The notes beneath the pieces were generated by a model, which did no database searches, was not told the origin of the DNA, and saw only the letters and a list, made by a program, of their open reading frames with translations. Shown here in pieces: positions 62,801 through 72,760 of a DNA stretch of 124,000 nt. How positions within the stretch are numbered: the stretch's first letter is position 1; every line of letters starts with the position of its first letter. This stretch comes from Hyalangium minutum (GTDB lineage Bacteria; Myxococcota; Myxococcia; Myxococcales; Myxococcaceae): positions 20,001 to 144,000 of the forward strand of contig NZ_JMCB01000006.1 in NCBI RefSeq assembly GCF_000737315.1. The letters run 5' to 3'. A program made the position numbers and the translations under genes.

Positions 62801-64246
62801 GATGACGGTGGTGACGGACCAGAGGTGGTCCTCGTGCCAGGCCGACAGCAGCCGGCGGCACACCAGCTCGTAGATGCGCCGCTCGTCCTGAGACAGCTGC
62901 ACCCCGTCCGGCGAGGTGGGCGTGGGGACGATGGCGTGGTGGTCCGTCACCTTCGAGTCATCCACGAAGCGCCGTCCCAGGGGCCGCTCCCCCGTGCCGG
63001 CCGCCAGCAGCGGCTCGTAGGGCCTGCGGATGGCTCGCACCACGTCCGGCAGCGTGGCCGCCACCTCCGCCGACAGGTGCCGGCTCGAGGTGCGCGGGTA
63101 GCTCAGCAGCTTGTGCTTCTCGTACAGCGCCTGGGCCAGCTCCAGCGTCCGCTGCGCGCTGTATCCATAGAGCCGGTTCGCGTGCCGCTGCAGCTCCGTC
63201 AAGTCATACAGGAGCGGCGGCGCCATCTTCTTCGTCTCGGAGGTGAGCGATTCAATGGATGCGCGGCCCGTCTTCACCCGCGCCATCACCTCGCCCGCCT
63301 CCACGCCGTCCGCCGCCAGCCGCCGGGCCTCGCGCACGCCCTCGCCCAGCTTGGCGCCCGTCTTCGGATCCACGTCGCGGAACCACGTGCCCCGGTACCG
63401 AGTCTCGTGCGGCATCCCCGCCGCCTGCGGCGCGAAGGTGGCCACCACCTCCAGGTAGTCTTCGGGGACGAAGTGGCGGATGGCCAGCTCGCGCTCCACC
63501 ACCATGGCCAGCGTGGGCGTCTGCACCCGCCCCACCGACAGCATGTCCCCGCCCGCCAGCGTGTAGAGCCGCGACAGGTTCATCCCCACCAGCCAGTCCG
63601 CCCGGCTGCGTCCCTTGGCCGCGTCCGACAGCGCGTCGTACGCACTGCCGTCCTTCAACTGCCGGAAGCCCTCGCGGATGGCGCTCTCCGTCAGCGACGA
63701 CACCCACAGCCGCTTCACCGGCTTGCGGCACCCTGCCGCCTCATAGATGTAACGGAAGATGAGCTCGCCCTCGCGGCCCGCGTCCGTGGCGCACACCACC
63801 GCAGCCACCTCGGGCGCGTTCATCACCTCGCGCACCACGGAGAACTGGGAGCGCGTGCCGTCGGCCACCATCAGCGGCCACTCGCGCGGCAGCATGGGCA
63901 GCTGCTCGCGGCTCCAGCGCTTCCACTCGGGACGAATCTCGTGCGGCTGGGCCAGCCCCACCAGGTGGCCAATGGCCCACGTCACCACATAGCCATTGCC
64001 CCGGAACCAGCCCTCCCCGCGCTGCGAGGCACCCAGCGCCCGGGCAATGTCCCGCGCCACGGCCGGCTTCTCCGCCACCACGGCCAGCACGGACGCACCC
64101 CTCCTCGGAGTGGCCTCCCGGCCCCCCTCACGCCCCACCTCCTGGGTCCTCTCGCTGTCGAGCCCTGCGCCCATCGCATCCCACCTCATACCAGCCCCTC
64201 CTACGTCAACCCTCCCCGCCCCGATGCGCTCGGGCTCCCTCGGCAC
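59834..64246 (-). CDS. topB: DNA topoisomerase III fused to RecQ helicase and HRDC domain
   Basis: Toprim [13 protein letters not shown], catalytic SYPRT; Rec[35 protein letters not shown], Zn CGLCDVC; HRDC. True start may lie near 64090. Confidence 0.92.
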   Translation of the reverse strand: MPREPERIGAGRVDVGGAGMRWDAMGAGLDSERTQEVGREGGREATPRRGASVLAVVAEKPAVARDIARALGASQRGEGWFRGNGYVVTWAIGHLVGLAQPHEIRPEWKRWSREQLPMLPREWPLMVADGTRSQFSVVREVMNAPEVAAVVCATDAGREGELIFRYIYEAAGCRKPVKRLWVSSLTESAIREGFRQLKDGSAYDALSDAAKGRSRADWLVGMNLSRLYTLAGGDMLSVGRVQTPTLAMVVERELAIRHFVPEDYLEVVATFAPQAAGMPHETRYRGTWFRDVDPKTGAKLGEGVREARRLAADGVEAGEVMARVKTGRASIESLTSETKKMAPPLLYDLTELQRHANRLYGYSAQRTLELAQALYEKHKLLSYPRTSSRHLSAEVAATLPDVVRAIRRPYEPLLAAGTGERPLGRRFVDDSKVTDHHAIVPTPTSPDGVQLSQDERRIYELVCRRLLSAWHEDHLWSVTTVITAVSSQGPAGGAARVDRFHSSGTQVVRAGWKVLDVGGVKPPKERTAKDAKDKEEGEGKEEEDSQDLPAGLKQGQPQKVEDVEAVKKRTRPPPRLTDASLLTAMETAGKALDEKELADAMKETGLGTPATRAAIIEVLLEREYLHRRGKSLEATEKGIRLIEVVHPDVKSPAMTGQWEAWLQRIERGRGDLADFLRSIEAYVIEVVGKVPMGSPPRPPPVPRPASVAPGEVPSREAPERSAASPSRARSEAAPAAATGRPRRVPRAPTPPGELRKLLKEAFGFEDFRPYQEDVCRAATMGEDLLLVMPTGAGKSLCYQLPGLARAGTTLVVSPLIALMEDQVTRLQSLGFAAERIHSGRDRATSRQVCADYLEGHLDFLFIAPERLGVPGFVELLARRPPALIAIDEAHCISQWGHDFRPDYRLLGARLPLLRPAPVVALTATATPDVQKDIVQQLGLKGVRGGAARTFIHGFRRTNIALEVRELTPSQRGEAIRDVLSEPERRPAIVYASTRKHAEQFAEVLSSDFPTAVYHAGMQPAERDRVQAAFLEGRVKVIVATTAFGMGIDKADVRTVLHAALPSSLEGYYQELGRAGRDGKLSRAVLLHSYVDRRTHEFFHQRDYPEPRVLEGLYRAAREQLEPKEALQARVRMEPEVFDKAVEQLWIHGGLVMTPDEQVHRGRPGWATPYGAQRERKLLHLEQMGRYAEASGCRMRHLVEHFGDVQDSGRACGLCDVCAPETCVTLRFAEPGEGELQSLGRILDALHERDGQATGRLHRELFGESLPRREFERLVGGLVRAGLARLSEDAFEKDGQRITFQRLTLTPDGQRTRVLAPDVVMLPAAPAPQAKAPKKRRVRRTQAATKRSEKPRRASAWERTPKPSSEPSSELTTEWDEDDVGVRRGRGGRSGPGAFEPMPSPALVEALKAWRLGEAKRRRIPAFRILTDRVLGALAATRPADNETLMSIPGVGPKLVQRYGAQLLALVGRAR

Positions 64247-64569
64247 ATTCTTCCTTATTATGCGGGGCCGACATCGGGCCCTCCTCTCTCACCCCACCTG
64301 GGGAGGCAGCTTGCCCTGCCTCCGGGGAGACTACCCCTCACCTCCCGTGAAGTTCTCCTCCTCCGTGCTTGCGCCTCACCTCCTGGGAGGGGTGGCCTTG
64401 CCAGCCCGTGGCGTCCTCACGCAAGTGTTTGGCGTTGGCCCGGAAACCTCGCACGGGTGTTTTGTCCATCATGCACTTCGGCTGCTGCCAGGGGCTATCG
64501 AGTCCGGACAGCGGGGGGGAGCTCCGCAGAGAGGCAGTGCCCCAAGGCCCGTTCACCGGAGAGTCCAGC

Positions 64570-64953
64570 ATGCAGTCGCATTGGCAGCACCGTTCAAGTC
64601 GGAGGGACGTTGTTCCCGGGGGAGAGACCCGAACGGTCCTGCGGTGGGAGTTTGGTGCGAGCGCGCAGAAGCCCCTGCGCCTGAACCGCCCCTCCTCGGC
64701 GACCCGCTCCCTGGGCTCGGGCCTGGGCCCCTCGCCGTCCCACCTCGTCGCGCTGGCGCGGGCGAAGCGCCGGCAGCGGGAGGTGCTGGAGACGGCGGGA
64801 CTGACGGCCTCTCTGAACGAAACGGTGGAGGGGGAGACTCGCCTCGCCTCGCTGTGGCCGGCCCGGGAGCCCTTCTCAGGCTCCGTGCTGCGCCCCGGGG
64901 CCCGCCGGGTCTTCACCCTCCACCCGCCTTGTCCGCCAAGGCTGCGGAGCTGA
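64570..64953 (+). CDS. Hypothetical small protein
   Basis: GGAGAG RBS before the ATG and a strong hairpin downstream. No recognisable domain. Confidence 0.3.
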   Translation: MQSHWQHRSSRRDVVPGGETRTVLRWEFGASAQKPLRLNRPSSATRSLGSGLGPSPSHLVALARAKRRQREVLETAGLTASLNETVEGETRLASLWPAREPFSGSVLRPGARRVFTLHPPCPPRLRS

Positions 64954-65129
64954 ACGCCACCGTCCGGGTGGCCCTTTGTGAAGTGGGAGGATGAGGGGGT
65001 GCCAAGGACCCCGTCATCCCTGGGCGTGGAGGGAAGGTCCCTGCTGCCGGGCAGGGCCCTTCAAGTGGGAGATTCTGAAGCGGGGCTGCTCACCGGGAGG
65101 GGGGAGCGGCCCTGAGTCTGGATCGGCGA

Positions 65130-65167
65130 GGGGGGTGCCTCGACAGAGGCATCCCCCTTGGCTTTTT
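65130..65167 (+). terminator. Terminator-like hairpin
   Basis: GGGGGGTGCCTC-GACA-GAGGCATCCCCC followed by TTGGCTTTTT. Confidence 0.55.
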
Positions 65168-66285
65168 CAGGGGGTCCGCTGGTGCCACGCGGCGAGCACC
65201 TCGCGCTCGCGCTCCGGCGGGAGGCCCGCCCGCATCGGCTTCTGCTGGCGCTCGGGCGGCTCGGAGCGGAACCAGGCCAGCGTGTCGCGCGCGGTGTCCA
65301 CGGGGGACCGGAACGTCGCCCCGAGCTTCAGCGCCCGGGCGTTGCTGACGCGGCCCACGCCCTTGTCCTCGCCCGAGCGCGGAATCCACACGGGCATCTG
65401 CGTCCAGGGGCTCACCTTCTGTTGCTCCACCAGCCACTCGGCGTCCACCCAGGTGAAGCGCGCGTCTCCGCCCGTGCCCGTCTTGCAGGCCTCCAGCAGC
65501 TCGCGCATGGTGAGCGTCTCCGCGGGGCCGGTGGCGTTGAAGGTGCCCACGTCCCGGCGCTCCACCACACCGAGGATGAAGGCGGCCAAGTCGCGCACAT
65601 CGATGAACTGCACCGGATCCGCGCCGTCTCCCGGAGCGAGCACCTCGCCGCCCCGGGCCACGCGCACGGGCCAATAGGTGAAGCGGTCCGTCTGGTCGCC
65701 GGGGCCGACGATGAGGCCTGGTCGGACGGTGGTGACGCGGCCGGGCATGGCGGCCTCGGCGGCCTTCTCGCTCAGGGCCTTGAGGGCGCCGTAGTGCTGG
65801 GAGACATCCTCCGTCTTCTCGTCCTCCACGGTGGCCACTGGCGAGTCCTCGTCGATGCCGTACTCGCTCATGTCCTTGTAGACGGAGATGGTGGACACGA
65901 AGATGTAGTGTCCCACGTTGGGGGCGAGCAGCTCGGCGCTGGCCTTCACGATGCGCGGCACATAGCCGGACGTATCAATGACGGCGTCCCACTGGCGGCC
66001 CTCGAGCGCCTTCAGGTCACCGTCGCGGTCACCGTGGAGCTTCTCCACGTCCGGGAAGAGCTCGGGGCGCGTCTTGCCCCGGTTGAACAGCGTCAGCGTG
66101 TGGCCACGAGGCCGGGCCAGCTCCACCAGCGCGGGCCCGAGAAACCCGGTGCCCCCGAGGATGAGAATCTTCTTCTTGGCCACCCCCCGGGGCACACCGC
66201 CCTCCTTCGAGGAAGCACACCCCATGGCCCCGAGCACCCCGAGCGCGGCCGCACCTTGCATCAACCCTCTGCGAGACACCGTCAT
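65167..66285 (-). CDS. Tat-exported NAD-dependent epimerase/dehydratase (atypical SDR) lipoprotein
   Basis: SRRGLM Tat motif, AMGC lipobox, GGTGFLG Rossmann motif, YGALK. Confidence 0.85.
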   Translation of the reverse strand: MTVSRRGLMQGAAALGVLGAMGCASSKEGGVPRGVAKKKILILGGTGFLGPALVELARPRGHTLTLFNRGKTRPELFPDVEKLHGDRDGDLKALEGRQWDAVIDTSGYVPRIVKASAELLAPNVGHYIFVSTISVYKDMSEYGIDEDSPVATVEDEKTEDVSQHYGALKALSEKAAEAAMPGRVTTVRPGLIVGPGDQTDRFTYWPVRVARGGEVLAPGDGADPVQFIDVRDLAAFILGVVERRDVGTFNATGPAETLTMRELLEACKTGTGGDARFTWVDAEWLVEQQKVSPWTQMPVWIPRSGEDKGVGRVSNARALKLGATFRSPVDTARDTLAWFRSEPPERQQKPMRAGLPPEREREVLAAWHQRTP

Positions 66286-66317
66286 CGCTGCGTTCCCTCC
66301 CTGTGAAGATGAAGCCC

Positions 66318-67634
66318 TCAGCGAGCCGGGGCGTCGCCCGGAGCGGAGGCCAGCGCGGGCACCTCCTGGGCGCGCGTGCGAATCCGGGCGTGGCGGGACA
66401 GGTAGAGGGAGACGGCCAGCCACAGGCCGGCCACGGGCGCGGTGGCCAGCAGCACGCCGGCCACGCCGAACCCCAGCACCTTGAGCCCATCCTCCGTCCA
66501 GGCCGCCAGCGCATCTCCCCCCCGGTACACCATGGTGTCGATGAAGCTCTTGGCCTTGTACCGCTCCTCGCGGCTCACCGTGGTGTAGAGCAGCTCTCGC
66601 GAGGGCCGCTCCAGCGCGTAGTGCGTGGCCCCGCGCAGCGAGCGCACGCCGATGAGCAGCCACACCGAGGGCATCGCCGCCAGCCCCAGGAATCCCACCG
66701 CGGTGAGCACTGGGGTGACGGCCAACGCCACCCCCAGCCCCAACCGCTCCAGCAAGCGCGCGGTGACGAGCGACTGCAGCACCAGCGTGAGGACCTGGAC
66801 CCACAGCTCGATGTTGGCGAACTTCGCGACGCGCTCGGCCTCATCCAGCGTCTTCGCGTCCACCAGGTTCACCTGGAGCAGGTACAAGAAGGTGCTGGTG
66901 ACGCTGTAGAAGACCACCTGCAGGCCCAGCGCGAGCAGAAAAGGCGAGGTGGCCAGCAGCTTCAGCCCCGCGAGGATGCCACCGCCCACTGGGCCCTCCA
67001 CCGAGGGAGGCGGGTGCTGCACGTCATGCGCCCAGCGCGCCAGCTGCTGCACACAGCGCGCGCTGCACTCCAGCAGCACGGCGGTGATGAAGATGAGGTG
67101 GATGTGCCCCAGCGGAACGGAGAGGTTGCGCGCCAGCAACAGTCCGGCAATCACGCCCGCCGTGCCTCCGCCCGCGATGAGGCCATAGAGGCGCTTGCCC
67201 TGCTCGCTGGCGAACAGGTCCGCCATGAAGCTCCAGAACACGGAGACGACGAACAGGTTGTAGACGCTGAGCCAGACGTAGAACACCCGGGCCACGGCCT
67301 GGGGCTCCACCTCCAGCTTGAACAGCACGAAGAAGCCCAGGAGGTTGAGCAGGAAGAAGCGGTAGATGAAGGGAATGACGCGCTTGCGAGGCCAGCGCGC
67401 CACCAGCGCCGAGTACGCCGGCACCGCCACCATCATCACCGCGAAGGTGGCGGTAAACATCCACTGCCACTTCAGGCCCTTCACCCCGCCGGCGGTCCCC
67501 ATCGCGTCGCGCAGCGGCTTGAGGACGAAGTAGCCGCACATCAACGTGAAGAAGTAGAGGAAGGACCAGAGCAGGGCCCCCACCTCTTCCTCTCGCACGT
67601 CCACGAATCGCTTGAGCCAGGGTGAAGGTCGCAC
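66318..67634 (-). CDS. MFS transporter of the NTT/TLC (ATP/ADP translocase-like) group
   Basis: About 12 TMs; YFVLKPLRDAMG, QGKRLYG and RYKAKSFIDTMVYRGGD motifs. Confidence 0.8.
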   Translation of the reverse strand: MRPSPWLKRFVDVREEEVGALLWSFLYFFTLMCGYFVLKPLRDAMGTAGGVKGLKWQWMFTATFAVMMVAVPAYSALVARWPRKRVIPFIYRFFLLNLLGFFVLFKLEVEPQAVARVFYVWLSVYNLFVVSVFWSFMADLFASEQGKRLYGLIAGGGTAGVIAGLLLARNLSVPLGHIHLIFITAVLLECSARCVQQLARWAHDVQHPPPSVEGPVGGGILAGLKLLATSPFLLALGLQVVFYSVTSTFLYLLQVNLVDAKTLDEAERVAKFANIELWVQVLTLVLQSLVTARLLERLGLGVALAVTPVLTAVGFLGLAAMPSVWLLIGVRSLRGATHYALERPSRELLYTTVSREERYKAKSFIDTMVYRGGDALAAWTEDGLKVLGFGVAGVLLATAPVAGLWLAVSLYLSRHARIRTRAQEVPALASAPGDAPAR

Positions 67635-67690
67635 GCGCGCCTCCCCAACGTCCCCCCAGAACCGCTATTCCCGAGTTCGAGGTGAGTCGC

Positions 67691-68986
67691 TCAGGCCCCA
67701 CCCTGCACGGACCGGAGCACCGCCTCCACCCGGGGCAGCGCCTCCTGGATTTCCTCCAGGGAGACGGCGCCCACCGAGAGCCGGAACCAGCCCGTGTCAT
67801 CCTTCAGCCCGAAGGCCTGGAAGGGCACCACCGCGAAGCTGGCCTTCTCCAAGAGCCGCTTGCGAATCTCATCGTTGGTCTTCAGCCCCGCCTTCCCCAC
67901 CAGGTCAAACTGCACCGAGAGGTAGATGGCGCCCTGCGGAGAAATCGCGCGCACCGGCAGCCCCGCCGCGCGCATCTTCTCGAAGCCCTGGTAGAGCGCC
68001 TCCAGCCGCTCCTCCACCCGGTGCTTCATCGTCTTCATGAAGCGGGCGGTGCCCTCCACGTCCTCCAGCGCGCGCGCCACGGCGATCTGCTCGGCCTTGG
68101 GCGCCCACGCGCCCACGTGGCCGATGACGTCCCGCATGCGAGAGATGATGGCCGGCGGGCCCACGCCCCAGCCCACGCGCACCCCCGTGGCCGCGAAGGA
68201 CTTGGAGATGCCATCCACGAACACCGTGTAGTGCGCCATCTCCGGCACCAGCTCCACCGGCGTCACGTGCTTGGACTGGCCCGCGCTCAGCGTCCAATAA
68301 ATCTGGTCGTACATCAGGATGAGCGGCGCCTGCCCGCGCGCCTTGCGGCCCTGGTTCTCCGCGACGATGCGCTCGCAGATGGCCTTGAGCGCCTCGGGGC
68401 TGATCATCGTCCCGGTAGGGTTGAGCGGGCTGCAGAGGCATAGCAGCCGGGCGCTCGGAAACAGCGGGGCAAGTTGCTCCACCGTGGGCATGAAGCCCTG
68501 GTCCGCCAACGTCACCACTTCCGTGCTCTTGGCCCCCATCATGTGGGCGTAGTGGTTGTTGTTCCACGAAGGCACCGGGTAGATGACGGTGTCACCCTCG
68601 TTCAGCACCGTGCGGTAGGTGCCATAGATGATGGGCCGCGCGCCGCCGGCGATGACGATGCCCTCCAGCGGGTACTTCAGGCCCAGGGAGCGCTCGTAGA
68701 AGCGCTGCACGCTCTGGCGCAAGTCCAGCACGCCGTCCGAGGGCGGATAGTTCGTCTCGCCCGCCTGCAGCGCCCGGGCGATGCCCTCGCCGAGCGCGGT
68801 GGGGATGGGGAACTCGCGAGGGCTGAAGTCGCCCACGGTGAGGTTGCACACCTTGCGGCCCTGCGCGGTCAGCTCGCGGATCTCCGCGGCAATGCGGAGG
68901 ATCTCGCTGCCGACGAGGCCACGCGCCATCGTGCCAACGAAGGTGTCGTCCCGCTTGGGAAGAAGGGTCGTGAGATCAATTGCCAT
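67691..68986 (-). CDS. PLP-dependent aminotransferase class I/II
   Basis: NPTG, YDQIY, DGISKSFAATGVRVGW. Confidence 0.9.
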   Translation of the reverse strand: MAIDLTTLLPKRDDTFVGTMARGLVGSEILRIAAEIRELTAQGRKVCNLTVGDFSPREFPIPTALGEGIARALQAGETNYPPSDGVLDLRQSVQRFYERSLGLKYPLEGIVIAGGARPIIYGTYRTVLNEGDTVIYPVPSWNNNHYAHMMGAKSTEVVTLADQGFMPTVEQLAPLFPSARLLCLCSPLNPTGTMISPEALKAICERIVAENQGRKARGQAPLILMYDQIYWTLSAGQSKHVTPVELVPEMAHYTVFVDGISKSFAATGVRVGWGVGPPAIISRMRDVIGHVGAWAPKAEQIAVARALEDVEGTARFMKTMKHRVEERLEALYQGFEKMRAAGLPVRAISPQGAIYLSVQFDLVGKAGLKTNDEIRKRLLEKASFAVVPFQAFGLKDDTGWFRLSVGAVSLEEIQEALPRVEAVLRSVQGGA

Positions 68987-69097
68987 GAGGTCGCTCCAGT
69001 GGGCGCCCGGGAAGGGCGCACAGCCACGGGCCGGCGGACCATACACGCCACGCGGCGTCCATGGATCGCCCATCCCCTCACGGCGGCGCTGATCTAT

Positions 69098-69661
69098 TTA
69101 TATGGAGTAGAACCCGGTGCCATCCGCACGGGCGGTGACGCGCTGCGGCTCGACAGGGAGGGGCACCGGCGTCGGGAAGGAGCGGGGCGCTGTCATGCCC
69201 AGGGCGTTCCACGTCTTGGGGCCTACCACGCCGTCGGCCTCCAGGCCCTTGGCGCGCTGGAAGGCCATCACCGTGCGCTCCGTCTTGGGGCCGAACTGGC
69301 CGTCCTTGCTGCCCGGGTCGAAGCCGTGCGTGGCCAGCATCTTCTGGAGCACCAGCACGGAGGGATCACACACCCCGCGCTTGAGGATGGGCCGCAGCCC
69401 CGTGCCCCGGCGCGTGTCCAGCGCCGCCCACGTTCGCGAGTTCGCGATGCCGTCCACCTCGAGGCCCCGCGCACGCTGGAAGGCCATCACCGCGCACTTG
69501 GTGCTGGAACCGAAGGCGCCATCCACTTCGCCCGTGAAGACGCCCGCCGCCTGGAGCTGCCGCTGGAGGTACTCGACCTCAGGGCCGCACATCCCCTGCC
69601 GGAGCACGGGGAAGGACTCTTCTGCGTTGGACGACCAGGGGGGCAGCATGGAGGGCATCAA
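69098..69661 (-). CDS. Protein with two peptidoglycan-binding (PG_binding_1) domains
   Basis: Two DGxFGxxTxxAVMAFQRAxGLExDG repeats. Confidence 0.85.
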   Translation of the reverse strand: MMPSMLPPWSSNAEESFPVLRQGMCGPEVEYLQRQLQAAGVFTGEVDGAFGSSTKCAVMAFQRARGLEVDGIANSRTWAALDTRRGTGLRPILKRGVCDPSVLVLQKMLATHGFDPGSKDGQFGPKTERTVMAFQRAKGLEADGVVGPKTWNALGMTAPRSFPTPVPLPVEPQRVTARADGTGFYSI

Positions 69662-69730
69662 AAAACTCCAGGCACTGGATTCAACAGCAGGGGGGCGCCT
69701 TATCGAGGATCCACGCGCGAGATGCCAGCC

Positions 69731-69756
69731 CCCCTAGGGGCGAAAGTGCGCACTTT
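69731..69756. promoter_or_regulatory. Adjacent perfect palindromes in a divergent promoter region
   Basis: CCCCTAGGGG (69731-40) and AAAGTGCGCACTTT (69743-56). Confidence 0.4.
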
Positions 69757-69911
69757 GTACCCCAAAGCACACCTTTTGTCAGGAACTATCTCGACGTGTC
69801 GCATCGGGCCGCCAGGAATTCCCGAAAGGTCCTTCTGCGCTGGAACGAAGCGCGGCTCTCATGCGAGAGGAGAGCGCCCGCGGCGCGGCCCGGGCTCCCA
69901 GGAGGGGACCG

Positions 69912-70628
69912 ATGATGCAGACCCTGCGGTTGAATCGGTGGATGAAGTCCCTGTGGCTCGTGGGCTGTCTGAGCGTGGTGGGGTGCACGAAGAAGGACGA
70001 GCCCGCGGCGACTCCGCCCGAACCCGTGGTGCAGGCCCCGTCCGCGCCCACCGAGGCCCCGCCTCCTCCGCCCTCGCAGCCGGCTCCCTCCGTGCCCGCG
70101 GATGCTGCTGCTCCTCCGGCTCAGGACTCGGCACAGCCTCCGGCCCCGGCCCCGGCCCCAGCGCAGGGCGCGGGCGTGCCCGAGGATCCGAAGAACCGCG
70201 AGTGGACCGCGGGGGCGGTGAAGTTGAAGCGGCCGGAGGTGCAGATGGTGACGCTGCGCTCGGTGCGCGCGGCACGCAACGAGGGCTTCGACCGCGTGGT
70301 GTTCGAGTTCGATGGGGCGCAGGTGCCCGGCTACCAGCTGGAGTACGTGAACAAGCCCATCGTGAAGTGCGGCTCGGGGAACGAGACGGAGGTCGCGGGC
70401 CAGGGCTGGCTCCAGGTGACGCTCACGCCCGCGCAGGCCCACGAGGGCGGCACGGCCACCATCAACGAGCGCGAGCGCAAGTCCGCCCTGCCCGTCATCC
70501 AGGAGCTGGAGATGACGTGTGACTTCGAGGGCGAGGTGACGTGGGTGCTCGGCAACGCGCACCCCAACAAGTACCGCGTCATGGAGCTGCGCGACCCCAC
70601 CCGCCTCGTGGTGGACGTGCAGCACTGA
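69912..70628 (+). CDS. Lipoprotein with Pro/Ala linker and AMIN-like domain
   Basis: Lipobox VVGC; FDRVVFEF...DFEGEVTWVLG...PTRLVVDV. Confidence 0.75.
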   Translation: MMQTLRLNRWMKSLWLVGCLSVVGCTKKDEPAATPPEPVVQAPSAPTEAPPPPPSQPAPSVPADAAAPPAQDSAQPPAPAPAPAQGAGVPEDPKNREWTAGAVKLKRPEVQMVTLRSVRAARNEGFDRVVFEFDGAQVPGYQLEYVNKPIVKCGSGNETEVAGQGWLQVTLTPAQAHEGGTATINERERKSALPVIQELEMTCDFEGEVTWVLGNAHPNKYRVMELRDPTRLVVDVQH

Positions 70629-70637
70629 GGGCCCGGC

Positions 70638-72602
70638 TCATGGCCGGCGCAGGCCACCCGCCACACGCTCCAGCTCGGAGATGAGCTCGCGGTGGCGGGT
70701 GCGCACGGGTTCTCCCTGGGCGCGCAGGGCCAGGGCCAGCGCGAGCGGGAGGTTGAGCGCGGCGTCGCGCGACAGCTTCTCGCGGTAGGCCAGCGGGTAG
70801 TCCGCGGGGGCGCGCAGGGTCCAGTTCTCCTCGTTGACGGTGCCGGGCGCGTTGTAGACGTCGAACAGCCCGAACAGGTCCGAGAAGAAGATCATCACGT
70901 TGCGCGCCCGCGAGGCGAAGAGGTCCGCGAACTTCGCCTGCACGAGCAGCCCTGGTTCCTCCGCGAGCCTCCGCGCGAAGTCCTCCCGGCCCTCGGGCTC
71001 CGGATGCAGGCGCCACGCGAGGTAGTCCGCCTGGGCGCGGTCCGTTCCCTTCTCGCGCCACTGGGTGGCCACGCGCCACAAGGGCGGAGTGTCGTGGGTG
71101 CCCACCATCACCCAGTCCTCCGGGGCCGCGTTCTCGCTCCGGTAGACATCCGCCGGATCCGTCAGGTTGGCCTTCTGGGTGACGCGGAAGCGTCCCAGCC
71201 CGTACTGCGCCAGCACGCGCTGCAGCGGGTAGGGCTGCGTGCTGAGCACCTCGGCCAGCAAGTCGGACAGCTCGCGGCCGTGTCGGCGTGACGAGGTGAC
71301 GATGGTGTCAAAGAGGATGCTGTACTGGCGCACCTGCTCCGGCGTGAGCGAGCGCACCCACCCATCCGCGTACCGGGGCACCGAGCGGTCGAGCTGCTCC
71401 GGCGTGGGGATGGCGTAGCGGGCCAGCTCCGGATGGTCTGGCAAGTCCGGCGAGTCAAAGAGCCGCGCACCCGTCTGCACGGCGCGCAGCGGGTCGGGCG
71501 CTCCGGAGCGGTAGACCCACGGGCACACGAACCCGTGCGGGTGATCGATGCGCAGCCCGTCGTACTCCCCGAGCATCTTGTCCATGCGCGCGTCCATGAA
71601 GCGCAGCACGGGGCCGGGCTTGCGGGCGGCGGAGAGGCCCTCGCGGGGCTCGAAGAAGCGGGTAGGGTCCAGCACCGGGTAGTTCCACGGCTGGCCCTCG
71701 GGGTTGGTGCGGCTGGGCGGCGCTCCCATCAGGTACGTGCGCAGGAAGAGGCCCTGCCAGGACCAGGCATCCTCCAGCGAGAAGCCAATCTGGAGATCTC
71801 CGTAGAGCTTGAGCCCCCAAGCTGAGGCCCGCGCCCGCAGCTCCTGATGTGCGGAGTGCACCAGGAACTGGTGGAAGGCATAGCGTTCGACGAACTCCGC
71901 ATGCCGGGCGAGCACCTCTCTGCAGCGCGCCTCGCACGCCCCTTCTTCACCGGGCAGTGGAGCGAGCAGCCGCGCATCGAGCGCTGAGGCGCCCTGCCCT
72001 GACCATCGGCGCCAGTCCCGCTGCCCGTGCTCGACGCAGAGGGCCTCGAAGAGCGCATCGCGCAGCAGCCAGTCGGCGTGCTCCTTCTTGAAGGTGTCGA
72101 AGCGCTGCGCCAGGTCGCGCAGCAGGGGCCGTGCGTCAGCGCGGGTGCGCTCACCTTGGAAGCGGCTCCAGGCTTCGTCGAGCGCGACGCGCTGGGCGCG
72201 GAAGGCATAGCGGTAGCGCTCTCCGGGTCCTGTGCCCAGCGGCCGAGAGTCCACGATGGAGGCCAACCGCTCCGCGCTCAGCAGCGCGCCGCCCTCCTCA
72301 CTCACGAGCCATGCGAGCGGGACATTGAGGACATTGCGCGAGAAGAGCGTCGAGTCGTAGGGCGAGGCATTGGACTCGGAGGTCTGCCCCTGGGGCCCGA
72401 GCTGGATGCCGGTGAAGCCCAGCTCGCGGATGAACTCCAGGAAGCGCGCGGCGCCTCGGGTGTACGGCGAGCCTCGGCCCGTGTCCTCGATGGGCTCACT
72501 GGGGAAGCTCGGATCGTGGATGCCGAGCACCAGGTTGCGCACATCCAGCGCCACCAACGCCTCAGCGACGAGTCTCCGGTGCTCCTCGGGGATCAGTCCC
72601 AT
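70638..72602 (-). CDS. malQ: 4-alpha-glucanotransferase (GH77)
   Basis: LKLYGDLQIG, GAPP...QPWNYP, LRIDHPHG, VGTHDT, YNAPGTVNEENW. Confidence 0.88.
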   Translation of the reverse strand: MGLIPEEHRRLVAEALVALDVRNLVLGIHDPSFPSEPIEDTGRGSPYTRGAARFLEFIRELGFTGIQLGPQGQTSESNASPYDSTLFSRNVLNVPLAWLVSEEGGALLSAERLASIVDSRPLGTGPGERYRYAFRAQRVALDEAWSRFQGERTRADARPLLRDLAQRFDTFKKEHADWLLRDALFEALCVEHGQRDWRRWSGQGASALDARLLAPLPGEEGACEARCREVLARHAEFVERYAFHQFLVHSAHQELRARASAWGLKLYGDLQIGFSLEDAWSWQGLFLRTYLMGAPPSRTNPEGQPWNYPVLDPTRFFEPREGLSAARKPGPVLRFMDARMDKMLGEYDGLRIDHPHGFVCPWVYRSGAPDPLRAVQTGARLFDSPDLPDHPELARYAIPTPEQLDRSVPRYADGWVRSLTPEQVRQYSILFDTIVTSSRRHGRELSDLLAEVLSTQPYPLQRVLAQYGLGRFRVTQKANLTDPADVYRSENAAPEDWVMVGTHDTPPLWRVATQWREKGTDRAQADYLAWRLHPEPEGREDFARRLAEEPGLLVQAKFADLFASRARNVMIFFSDLFGLFDVYNAPGTVNEENWTLRAPADYPLAYREKLSRDAALNLPLALALALRAQGEPVRTRHRELISELERVAGGLRRP

Positions 72603-72760
72603 TCCGCATCTGGATTCTCACAGAACCCTGCCCCCCGTCACCCCCCTTGTCAGGATGGCACACGCACTCCGAAGAGCCTTCGGTCTCGTGTCCTGAAGCC
72701 ATGGAACCTGACCTCCGGTTTGATGTCTGATGCGCCGACGCCGCATCCGCCGGAGTGGGC

